Made by a program: the position numbers and the translations under genes. A stretch of 62,718 nt of DNA, counting the filler, from Sphacelaria rigidula (lineage: Eukaryota), in NCBI GenBank assembly GCA_964200075.2. It is 5 parts of 5 records of this genome, joined end to end, with 100 filler letters (N's around TTAATTAATTAA, not from the genome) between each part and the next. Parts side by side here need not be neighbours in the genome. Positions count along the whole stretch, not along the records: positions 25,129 to 37,592 come from CAXNAA020003742.1; positions 37,693 to 50,155 come from CAXNAA020003743.1; 3 more parts are not named here. One strand, given 5' to 3'. This document shows positions 25,129 through 44,700 of the stretch, in pieces. Under the pieces are notes generated by a model that was given only the letters and a program-made list of their open reading frames with translations, did not search any database and was not told the DNA's origin. Every line of letters starts with the position of its first letter. Within the stretch, counting starts at the first letter, position 1.

Positions 25129-26862
25129 TGCACGTCGAGCGGTGCTGGGGGGGTGTGGTGGGTGCGTGCGGGTGCGGGTGGTGGGCACGCATGTCATCCC
25201 TCAGTTTTCCGGGATAAATCTCATCCTCCTTCTTCAATGTTCTGACCGCCGGTCTGAAGAACATTAGTCATGTGAACACAGCAAACCATCAGTACTATTA
25301 TAGTAGGAACAAACAATAGCTCACCTCTAGTGAGCGGATGGTAGCGCCCGCCTCTTTTCGAATGCGCGGCCATCTCCCGAAGCCATACAACTGCAGAGAC
25401 CGCACCAACCGATCGCGGTTGTGTGTGCCCCAGTCCTTGAGGGGTTTGACAGGTCGAACCTGCTCCCCCAAAAAACAAAAATATCATGTTAGCCCGACAG
25501 CCACATAGCCAGCCAGCCAGATGCAGTAGTAGGCGTTTTCATCGAGCAGTTCAAAGCTACCAATATAAAGGTGGCGCCACCACCACTACTACTATACTAC
25601 TATACTACCACTACTGTGATTTTTTATATATGCTAGTATTAATGCTATTGCTATTGCTATTACTATTACTATTACTAATACTTCCGAGACAGGAAGGCAG
25701 CCCAAAAAGCATGAAATTTTAAATAATGTTGACGTATTTTTGGAACATGTTAAGGGACGGGTGATTCACAATATTGTAGCCATCAATCGACTGTTGGCCA
25801 TGAATCTGCATACATATACTCGACTGTAAACAAGGTTTTCGCGAGATTGAGAGTCTAGCTTCTGATAGAGGGTGAACTTTTCAGTCCTTTGTTGACTCGG
25901 GATCATCTTCACTTGTTACTGCGTGACCCTGATTCCTAACCCTGGCGGCCAAAGAGTCAACATTCCGAATAGTTAGTCGTTAGATGTATAATTCGAAAGC
26001 AAACCAAAAGTCGACATACGATTCTATGGAATTTCGACGGGTTGATATCCTACCGCCGTATTCAACGTACTGATCGGAAGGACATTTCCGGAAAGCACGT
26101 CATCACGTACCACAGGTAATCATGACCTACTCAACGTACAGCAGCGCATTTCACGAGAGTAATGCTTCGATGGTCGATATGCTCATTACCCCTTCTTTAC
26201 ATTGTTGGTTCGAACGAAGCGGATCATTCCCTATTATTATTCGTCAGCGTTTCATCCATAGATGAACGTGTTTGCAAGAATAGCTCACGCTCAATATCAC
26301 GAAATCATTATTTATTGTGGGGAGCAACACAAACCCGGATGGGGATGCCTACTCAATAGTCCGATACATGGTATCATACCGACCGCCATGGACAACTGAA
26401 GAGGGCGACATGGCCGGAATTTTGTTCAGGGCCGTAGCAGTGGCGCTAAGGGCTCAACCACACCTCGACCAATCAGCGGCCTTCAAAATGTGCTGAGAAA
26501 AAAGTACGATTTCCAAGCACAATTTTCCCCCAATATCCACATGCTCCACATCGTAGTAACCGCCGTCGGCTCGGGAATCTAACGAAAAAGTAAATAAAAT
26601 CGAGAACGGTTAATATGGAATCGACTTATAGTCCGAACCGTGGTATTTCGGTGAAATGGGGTTTGGCATCGCCGTCTTTCCACTGACGAGGGCATAAAAT
26701 CACCGAAAATTAGACTCCTGGATGATGATGGAAAATGACACCATCACAAGATACCCTGACTGTTTCTTGAACTGTCGTACGTTGACTCCTCCGCTACAGA
26801 TCAAACCATGGCGTCATGGGATTCACAATTGTATGATGAGTATATATATATATATATATATA

Positions 26863-27205
26863 TCGCCCTGGCGGCTCAGTTAGTAACCTCGAAACCTTCT
26901 GACGGTTGAGTCGTAACTTCGAACCTTGATGAAGTCAAACGATCTGGGATTTTTTCTCGCACTATGCCCAATAGTGGAGAACGACAACGTCGTCGGTATA
27001 CGAAAATCAACTTCACGGTCGACGAGGAAAAGAGACCGCTAAACCCTTCTCGCAATAAAAAAGTAAGGCAAGCATCGCAGAGGGAAGGTGGAGAAAAAAA
27101 GAAAACTCTTGTCTTGGCCTTCCTCCTGTGTAACCCCGGCTGATGCGTCCACAGCTACCGAAAGGTGTAGACTGGCGTTCAGAATAGATGGGATGACAAC
27201 ACACA
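26863..27205 (+). mobile_element. tRNA-derived SINE (family S1), full length
   Basis: Head TCGCCCTGGCGGCTCAGTTAGTAACCTCGAAACC...TTCGAACC (A/B boxes), conserved body, tail GATGGGATGACAACACACA. Confidence 0.85.
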
Positions 27206-27252
27206 TCCATATGTTATGTAGATTAGCATGTAGATTGAGACATGAACCCCAC

Positions 27253-35701
<8,449 letters not shown>

Positions 35702-35777
35702 TCAGGTTTCCGACCCGGAGGAAGCGAACAGTGACGTCTTTTGGGCCGAGAGAAATTATCGGCATTTCACACGTCTG

Positions 35778-36500
35778 CCGCGCCCCGGTGGTGTAATGGT
35801 CCGACTGTTGCCACTGGGGTGGAGAGAACGAGGGTTCGATTCCCGATGCGTTGAGTTTTTTCTTCGTAGTTGTGGAGATCGCCATTTGGGCATGTGCGCA
35901 GAGAATTATTTTCATGACGTGTAACGTAGTTAACGGCTGTTACAGGGGAAAGCTCGCAGGAGCACCGAAACTTCCATTTCTGTACAGCCGGATCTGGGAC
36001 CCCAAGGTCACAGGGATCTTCCCAGCGAACTGCTGGCCATCCCTGGGGATCACTCTTGACTTGGACTCTTAGACTTCGTCATCGGGCTAACTCGCTCGCG
36101 CTTGTCGAGCTTTCCCGAGTGATCCACTTTGCCTCAACCCCACGACTGACGGTCAATCCTTGACTACATAACCCGAGGGAAATCATCGGCCACCTTCGAC
36201 GGTTTCCACCGTCACCGAGAGTCTCACGACTTCCACACAGTATCTGATTCCACCGTGGAAAGGGTGAGAACGTGAGTAGACAAAGTAGTTGACCGAGTTT
36301 GCTTGACGTGAGTTGACGCGGTACAGGAGTGGTGATGGTCATGATCCAATCCGCGAGACCAAAATGCAAGGCGTGTACCGGGGGAGAGATGGGTTGATCC
36401 CTTCACACCCCGGACTCATCCCGAGGAAGGTGAGGGGTTCAAAGTGCGACAAGAAAAAGTCATGATAAAAAATTATATATAAAATGAAATAAAAACACGT
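35778..36500 (+). mobile_element. Second tRNA-headed SINE-like element (family S2); 3' end approximate
   Basis: CCGCGCCCCGGTGGTGTAATGG (A box) ... GGTTCGATTCCC (B box); no complete cloverleaf; A-rich tract ~36450-36495; degenerate head copy on the minus strand at ~15225-15285. Confidence 0.55.
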
Positions 36501-37592
36501 CCATCAGGTCATGAGCTATCCAAAATAGGTCATCGAAGAGGACTCTCAGATCACTTGATCAAGAGCACAGGATACGAGACAGCGGGGTGAGAGAAGGCAA
36601 CGCACCACCTTTGCGTCACTCTGCGTGTCCGGCGTCCAGCCCTGCCGGGAGGATGTATTGAAATAGGGGCCAAGTGAGCTACCACAGCTCATGATCCGGA
36701 TCAGTACACTGATAGGAAGTCATGTCCAGATAGCTATCCCATAAGATTTCCGACGTGTTCGGTATTTTCAACTCAAGGAGTAAGAAAAAACTGGTGCTAA
36801 AACCCACCACGAAAGGAACAAAGAGCATGGGATACGAGACATGTATGCGGGTGCGGGTCCGGGGATATGTACGCAAAATCATACTGATGGGCAGTTGGCG
36901 TTTTGTAGGGGTGAATGGGTTAGGATGGGTTGCTTTGGTTTGTTTTTGGGCATGACCAAGGGTCCATATAATTGAAACAAGAAAAGTGTAATTCAGGCGG
37001 GTTTAGTGTTCTTTCTTTCCCCGTTCCGATTGGTTGAGAGCTGACGGGCAACCGCTGACGGGCAACCAATTGAAAGGACAAAATAAAACATAAAAAGTCA
37101 CGAAAAACGCCATAATTGCTGTGACTCTAACGGCGAGCGTTGACTTTCCTCATCTCGTCGGTTAAAACACGGCCTCAAGATATAAAGGTGAATGTATCTC
37201 CGCAGTCGATATACCGATAATTTCGTGGCACACCGTTACGTCGCCAGAGATATCATTGTGACCATACTGCGTCGTGGGACTCGAGAGGATGGCGCAAGTT
37301 CGCTCGTACATAGGTCATGATCTATTGGATAATAGCCTACATGTCGTTCGAGCTTCGCAGCACAGCACCCAACGTTCGTGTGGAGGAGACGGTAAGTGCT
37401 ATCGGGAGTTCCATTCCGCAATAGATTTGTCGATGGTTGGGAATTCACTGACCTAGTAGGTGAGTGAACTAGAGGAGCGGTACCAAACCCGATGGGCGAG
37501 GGGGGGGGGGGGGAGGAAGTACGCATGGTCTGGTAGGCCGTGGGAAGGTGGCCACTGCCCCGTGGTCCCTGCAAGACCGAAACGGGAACCGC

Positions 37593-37692
37593 NNNNNNNN
37601 NNNNNNNNNNNNNNNNNNNNNNNNNNNNNNNNNNNNTTAATTAATTAANNNNNNNNNNNNNNNNNNNNNNNNNNNNNNNNNNNNNNNNNNNN
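37593..37692. other. Artificial contig linker
   Basis: N44-TTAATTAATTAA-N44. Confidence 0.98.
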
Positions 37693-37982
37693 CTGGCTTG
37701 GTTGAGGGCGGGCTTGTGGACATCTTGGATGTACCTTTAAGGCCAGCAATTGTAGGATGGCGAAGTGGGGAACCGGCCAACACAGCCAATATGATTGAAC
37801 TGGTTTGGCTGCTTCTCCGAAACTTTGGTCATGATCCCCCTACGACTCGTAAACCCCCCGGTGACTCGCGTCTTCCGTACACACATGTGAAAAACCGGAC
37901 ATTCTCCACCGGGAGCAACAACACACACCACCTGGGAAAACAAATCAAGAGGCACCTACCGGCACCAGGGACTCACTCACCA

Positions 37983-40010
37983 CTACAAGAACGTGACGAT
38001 TTCTCTAAACACACCCACTTCTCGCAGCAGTAGCAGGCGTTCCACGGTTCCCACGAAACTCTTGTTATCATGGTCACCGGTGCCTTCCCCCACGGCCTCC
38101 CCCGACCCTCCAGCGCCATCCTTTAGTAGGCTCTCCTTCCCGAGTCGAAGGGTCGCTCGCAAGACCTGTTTCTTCGCTGACCGGTCCCTCATCTTACTTC
38201 GCGATGCCCTCTCGCCCTTCTCTACACCCTTGATCTTCACGGCCTTGCTCGAGACTCCGTCGCCCTTCACCCCCCCACCCGTGCCTCTCCCGCCTTTGCC
38301 TAATTCCCCGCCGTTTCGCGACGCCGCAGATTTCCTTGCTTTGCTCGCGGGAAAGCCGCCGCTGTTTCCTGCCTGCACCTCGCGTTTCTCCTCCGATCTA
38401 CTGTTCTTTTGACAAGATCTAGTGGCGCTTGCCTGAGATGACCTTTCGCGACCAACACTTTTCGCGCGACCTTCACGCTTTCTCGTGCGCGCTCGGAGTC
38501 GCACCGGAGACGGAGACGACGGCGTCTCCTTGATTCGGGCCAACCATCGTGCGCGGCACATCAACAACCAACCTCGACGGCGCCACACGCGGTCTGCGGG
38601 TGCTCTCGCGAGCAAACGTTTTATGGCCTCTGACAGGGGGTCTTCACCCTCGTCGCCGCTAGAATCTGCGGCAATCTCACCAGTGCCAACGATCTCGGCG
38701 GGCGATACATTCATGGCCGTAGTGGCAGATTCGTCGGCGTTCCATTGGAGCAGCAGTTGTACCATCGATGGTCTAGAGAACATACACGCCTGGTGGAGCG
38801 GGGTCATGTCATCGTTGTTTCTGGAGTCTACATCCGCCCCCATCTGTAGCAGTGCCTCCGCCGCCAAGTAGTGTCCCCGCTGTGCCGAGTAGTGCAGGCA
38901 CGTTGAACCATTGAATCGGCGGTGGTCCACATTTGCCCCCAGCATCACGAGGTTGCGAATTGTTTCAGGCTTATTGCCCTTCACAGCATAGTAGAGCGCC
39001 AGACTGCACCTGCGTCGCCGGTCGGCGCTGGCCTCGGCTGCCGTGAGGGCGGACAGCAACCGTATTGGATGCCCGCTTAGCGCGGCAACATCCAGGGGGC
39101 TGATGCCTGCCGCACTTAACCTACCCGACGACGCGCCCGCTCTTAGCAAAGTAATGCAAGCCTGGAGGTGACCCGTTCGCGCCGCGATATGGAGGGCCGT
39201 CTCGTGGGAATTGTTGCCACAGCTTACGCAAGCGTGTCCGAACTCCAACAAATCTGATATAACGCCTTCATGCCCGCAACTGGCCGCGAGATGCAATGGT
39301 GTGTCTCCCTCCGGCAATGTCTTGGTGAGGGCGTCTGCGCCCTTCAGCAGTAGGAACACGACCACGCCTCGATGACCGCAAAGGCAAGCCACGTGCAAAG
39401 GCGTCCAGCCGCGGCTGTCACGAGCATCTACCTCGGCACCCGCACTGATCAAAGCCCTTGCAGAATTCTCTGTCCCTTCGGCAGCCGCCACGTGCAGCGC
39501 GGTTCGGTTGCTGCGCCTCGAATCCACGGCATGCACGTCCGCTCCGGCTTTCACCAACTCCTCCACAACACCCTCGTTTCCGCTCGCTGCCGCCGTGTGG
39601 AGCAGTGGTCCTGACCTCGTGCCGTGATTCGGGGCTGCTCTCCAGGACACTCCAGCGCTCAGTAGTCGCTTCACAGAGTCTAAGCTACCCGACGATGTGG
39701 CGCACTCGAGGGGAAGGCGTAACCAGTCCATCCAAACCGAGGAGCATGCGTTCTCCAGCACGAGATCCACCAACTCTGCTTCCATACCTCGCAGCGCGAG
39801 CTTGATGCCATCCGCCTGAGCATTCTCCAAATAGTCGATGTGTGATTGGGCCTGAAAGCTGTCAACAGATTCTGACCTGGACAGAGCCGACGCCGACATG
39901 GTTGAAGCTCCGGACGCCACCGACATGAGTGAGTGCCTTTGTCCACGGTCACTTTTGCTCCCCCGAGTTGGCTTTTTCTGCGAGTTTGTCCACGCGCTGC
40001 TAAGGTTCAT
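37983..40010 (-). CDS. Ankyrin-repeat protein (675 aa, intronless; brown-algal/phaeoviral-type family)
   Basis: About 10 ankyrin repeats (TALHVAA, GWTPLHVAC, GDTPLHLAA, TALHIAA, TCLHYSA, TPLHQAC); N-terminal WMDWLRLPLE motif; C-terminal LLARAPADRVWRRRGWLLMCRAR...LLLLREVGVFREIVTFL. Confidence 0.93.
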   Translation of the reverse strand: MNLSSAWTNSQKKPTRGSKSDRGQRHSLMSVASGASTMSASALSRSESVDSFQAQSHIDYLENAQADGIKLALRGMEAELVDLVLENACSSVWMDWLRLPLECATSSGSLDSVKRLLSAGVSWRAAPNHGTRSGPLLHTAAASGNEGVVEELVKAGADVHAVDSRRSNRTALHVAAAEGTENSARALISAGAEVDARDSRGWTPLHVACLCGHRGVVVFLLLKGADALTKTLPEGDTPLHLAASCGHEGVISDLLEFGHACVSCGNNSHETALHIAARTGHLQACITLLRAGASSGRLSAAGISPLDVAALSGHPIRLLSALTAAEASADRRRRCSLALYYAVKGNKPETIRNLVMLGANVDHRRFNGSTCLHYSAQRGHYLAAEALLQMGADVDSRNNDDMTPLHQACMFSRPSMVQLLLQWNADESATTAMNVSPAEIVGTGEIAADSSGDEGEDPLSEAIKRLLARAPADRVWRRRGWLLMCRARWLARIKETPSSPSPVRLRARTRKREGRAKSVGRERSSQASATRSCQKNSRSEEKREVQAGNSGGFPASKARKSAASRNGGELGKGGRGTGGGVKGDGVSSKAVKIKGVEKGERASRSKMRDRSAKKQVLRATLRLGKESLLKDGAGGSGEAVGEGTGDHDNKSFVGTVERLLLLREVGVFREIVTFL

Positions 40011-41722
40011 GAGGGTAGATCAAGAACGTGGTCCACGCGAGTTTTTGGTAGTGTATTAAGTCATCCTGCTCTTGACGGCTTCAAACCGTCCAGGTACACA
40101 CATGGGCAACGCACAGCAGTGCATCAAGTCATGCTTCTCTTGACGGCTTCAAATCTTCCGGGTACATACATGGGCAACGCACATCTTACCAACGCGTATT
40201 TATTCGCGAGACAAGCTAAGTAGCTCCCCAACGGGATCGACAATTGGGAGGCCCGTGTGTGGAGTAAGCTGGTCGTTGGGATGATAGTTTCACAACTGTA
40301 CGGCACACGTAGTCGTAGTTGTACCATTTTTTCCATCCGGATGTTGATGCGGCGAGGTACGGACGAAGAGACTAGCTTCGTGGTGCTATTTCGTACCAGG
40401 CACCTACGGGGTACCTGCGAGTGCAGGCATCCCATGCCCTGACAAACATCAATCCCGAGAGCAAACTGATTGTGATGGCATGACACCTACCGACTTTCAT
40501 CACAACCATCAGAGGAATCGAATATCACATTCTACAGGACAGTTGTGCTGGCTGTATGGTGCGCTGGATTAGATTGTCGAGTCTTCTCACGGGCTCGAAG
40601 TTCAAGGCAACGACATACATCGATCGCACCAGAGACGACCCGGCGGTGCCCGGCCGTGAATTCAGATCTGCAACAACGGTCCCAACACCGCGACGCCTTG
40701 TCAGATGAAGCACAGTACAATGCAGCACAGTGGGGACGCATAAACCCCACGTAACCTTTTTCGTTCCTTGTCTGAGGAGAGGAATCATAAGATGGGGGGC
40801 GACTGATGCTGAAAGTGTTGGGTACCACGGCACGGGGGTTAACTAGCAATTCCCTCGGACGTTTTTTCAGCAATGAATACGAGCTACTGTACCTATGTTC
40901 TCCACATGAAACAACGAAGAAAATACGCTCGAAAGGCACACCAGTGTTACTGAGAAGCTCTACTTAGAGTGAAATCGCTTTGACATGCTGACAATCTAAC
41001 TATGTACACGCTACGGTCGCTCTCGGCGTATGGCGATGCGTCCAGGCACAGTAGTTGGAGATGACACGACACCCGAGTGGGTTTTCGGCATTTGTTGAAG
41101 GTGGCTTTTCGGCTCGGCTCCCGAGTGCAGCCGTAGAGTATCACAGTCAAAGAGCGAAAACCCATCGTATCCAACCTCTTCACCTTGATGGTAAAAAATC
41201 AATGAGTACGCCGTGTCCGCGCCACAGCAACCGTCACAGAGAAACCCTGCCCCCCCGGCTCCGAACAGGCTCTGTCCTTCGCACTCGGTATGTTGTCGTG
41301 TACTCTATTCAGTATAGAGGCGTTTTCATGGATCATGGCGATCACGCGGATTATGGCAAATTGTATGCGATACACACGGGCTGTCTTGCTATGATACACG
41401 ACCAGTTTGCTATCGGCTGTGGTGTCATGTGGAGTCGGCGTGCAGCTTCGTGTGCCTTTTCAATTGGTGGGCCCTATTTGTTTCTCTTATAGTGTAGAGT
41501 GATTGTCGTTTTGTGCTTTGGCACTGGTCCTGGAGGTGGCAAACAGCCCGCAAGTTTCAGGTCGAGACTTGGTGAGATAGAGTCACATATACTACAGCAC
41601 CGTATACCACACTACACTACAGCAGGACTTTGAGAGACATGTCACCAATAAAGCGCAGGACCGCAGGACACCCCACTACGGCATGGTACTGCCACGCCTT
41701 ACCGTCTGCTGTTTGGGGCAGC

Positions 41723-44700
41723 ATGCTTTTGTACAGAGGACAACTTGTATCGAGAAGTCCGAAATTTGGCGTCGCAATGCCATCTCGTTCATTGTTCCGC
41801 GTAATATACGGACGGTCTGTGCCGCAATCGACGTATTTGTGCTGATTTCGACTGTGCGCCATCCCGAAAGGCGACAAGGCTTTCTTCGCGGGAGTCAGAG
41901 CATCAACAGCGTTGTCAAGGACGCGGGTAGCGATTGCTCCCACATGTGGGCAGACTCTTTTCCGGGGACCATGTGGAGGCGGGACGAGAAACATGAGCTT
42001 CTCGTTTCCTGGACCTCGCAAGTTGAAGGACATCACGAACCTCCCCCTCTTGGAAAAGGTGGGTTCTGAAATGGTCCGGTTACCATCCTGTCTGCACTCT
42101 ACTGCTTTTGTCGAGATTTGGGTTTATTAGACTAGTCGTAGACTGCAGATCAGCAACAGGGACGGAAACATATGGTATTTCAACTTCTCGCACAATCTCT
42201 ACTGCTATGAGTGCACCAACCCCCTCGTCCATGAGGCTATGATGGGAGTCCTGGTTCGTTTTACTCCTCTCCTACCTAGCCCTTATCCTGTAGGGGAGGG
42301 GAACGATGGAATAAGCATGTTTTAGGCACGGCTCATCATTGCAGGTGCTGTTCCTCTACACCTGTCGGTAGCCGTGATGCAGCACTCTGTACTGCAATGC
42401 TATATGGCGTTCTACTGTAATTTTGTTGTAATCTGTACCGCATCCCGCGCTTTGTCATGTTGTCCCAACGAGGAAGGTCAATCTTTTTGCCGCTCGCGGC
42501 CTTCTGTCCCGAGAACCCGACTGATAGTCCTGCCAGTTTGGGGGGATTGACCATAGTCTAGGCGTAGACATCCACTAGCAGGTCGAGTGGTCGCCAAAAT
42601 GAAGTCTGAGTTTCCTGTTTCGATCGATAGGAGTGCAGCAGCATAACGTTTAAGCGGGTGGGATTGTGAGGCATTTCTCACCTTAATGCTCAAAACCCAA
42701 TGGCTGACCGAGGTCGTCGTCCCTTTCCCAACCCTCATCCCCCACGAGCCCCCTCTTGGGCAACGGGGGTACGTGAGGGAGAAACGCCCAGCGCTGCGAT
42801 TCTATGCGTGTTGTCTTCATGTCAACTTTTTTTCGTATATTTCAGTTGGCTGTGGGGGTGGGGGTAGCAATTTCACTGGGGCACAATACCACAAGACCAC
42901 CCCATCACACTCACATGCACCGCCTATTATACACGCCCCCACCAAATGCCCCACCCTTTTCACTCGTTCAGCAACAGTGTGAGTTGACCATGTGCATGCA
43001 CTACTCTTGGCGCGATCACGACAGCTGTGGTGCGGTGCTGTTTGAAAAATTACAGTGCGGAGGACGCGACAATTCAATGCCGGCCATGGCTTTAGGCACA
43101 AATATCTATGACTCACGACATGCGCGCGGCAACGACCTTTTCCGCGTGGGTCCCGTCTCTTTACTAGGTGCAAATGTTTTGAACCCCGGTAGAAACGAAA
43201 GAAAAAAGAGGCCGCCTGGCGTATGGGGACCTCAAGGATCAACTCGTCAAATGTCCATGCTTTCTATTCCGAAATGCTGTCCACTGACAGCCTGCCCTGT
43301 GAGTTATCGAAGACACTTTCATGTACGCATCGATGGATGCTTAATTGGCATGAGCGGTTGGAAAATGTAATGCAAAACTAAGCGCTTGAAAGTAAAAGGC
43401 GCGCAGCAGCATTTCCCCATGCTTGGAGTCGGAGGATTCACGTTTTTTTTGTTTATGCGTCGTTATACCGTGTGTGCTGACGTGATCGCTCATGCATGAC
43501 CACGGCTGGATTCGTTGGGATAGGTTAATCCGACAATTGGTCAGTCAGGCAATGCGACAATTAGTCAATCAGTCGATCATGCGTCGTAGGGGAAACGTGC
43601 CACACGCACCGGTTTCGCTCGGAATTCTCAAGGCAAGTCAATTCAGGATACATGTAGCACTCATGCCCAAGAGAAGGATAAAAAAATGCATGATCAAGCC
43701 TCGTACGGTCGCCCATCCCGAAGGAGGGTTTCGCACTGTCCCTTCTTGCAGTGTACTTGAGCCAGAAAACCCCACGATACGCCGAAAGTAGTCAGTGTTT
43801 CTCGATGGTGTTGTTCCTGGATGCCCTCGCATCCTATGATGATGGGTGTGCTGAACCACCCTCGCACTTGTCCTAGTATCACCGGACGGTCACCTGCATC
43901 AAATCGAAACTCCAGTCGTTCCCTTGCCGTTCACAAACACAGCGACCACACCCATGGTCTTTCCGAATAATAGCTCCGAAATCTCCCCGCACTCGCACCG
44001 ACGACCTGCACCAAACAACCCTCGACAACCTGCCCCAACGCGTTGGTCACAGACTCTCCAACTTTCCTGGTCAGTGTTTCCCCGGCAAAGTTATCGGTGA
44101 CGCTGTCTATATCTCGTGCATATTCTGCTTCAGCGTAAGATGCGGCTCTACCACGGACGGAGAATTGACCCTACTGTCGCCACGAGCTCTCTACGATGAT
44201 GCTGGTGATGATGCATTGATTTCCTGCTGCACCCGCCGTCTCTTGGCATGGTGGTCAGGATCACGTTGCCCAGGAAATAACACGCACGAAACGCAGACAG
44301 CGTCACCAATAACTTCTTCAGGCAAACGTCGGCCAGACAAGTTGAAGGAGTTGTGAGTCCCACGTTGGGGCAGGTAGTCTGGGTTCGTTCAGTGGAGGTT
44401 GTTGACGCGAGTGCGAGGATAATCGGAACTATTTCTCGGAACTTGAACGATGGGCTTGGTCGCTATGCTTGTGAACGGCAGGTAACGGAGCGAAGTTTCG
44501 ATTCTGCGGGTGCGCATGGTTGCGGTTTGGTTCTCGTACGTGACCACCTGCTGTGTGTGTTATCATCCCACATATTTTGAACGCCAGTCTACACCTTTCG
44601 GTATATGTGAGCGTGTCAGCCAGGGTCACACAGGAGGAATGCCCACACGGGAGTGTTTTTTTTTCTTTTGTTTCAGTACTCTACCTTCCTTCTGCGGTGT

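Noticed and set aside
41617..42036. 139-aa minus-strand ORF
   Set aside because: Antisense shadow of ATP11 exons 1-2.
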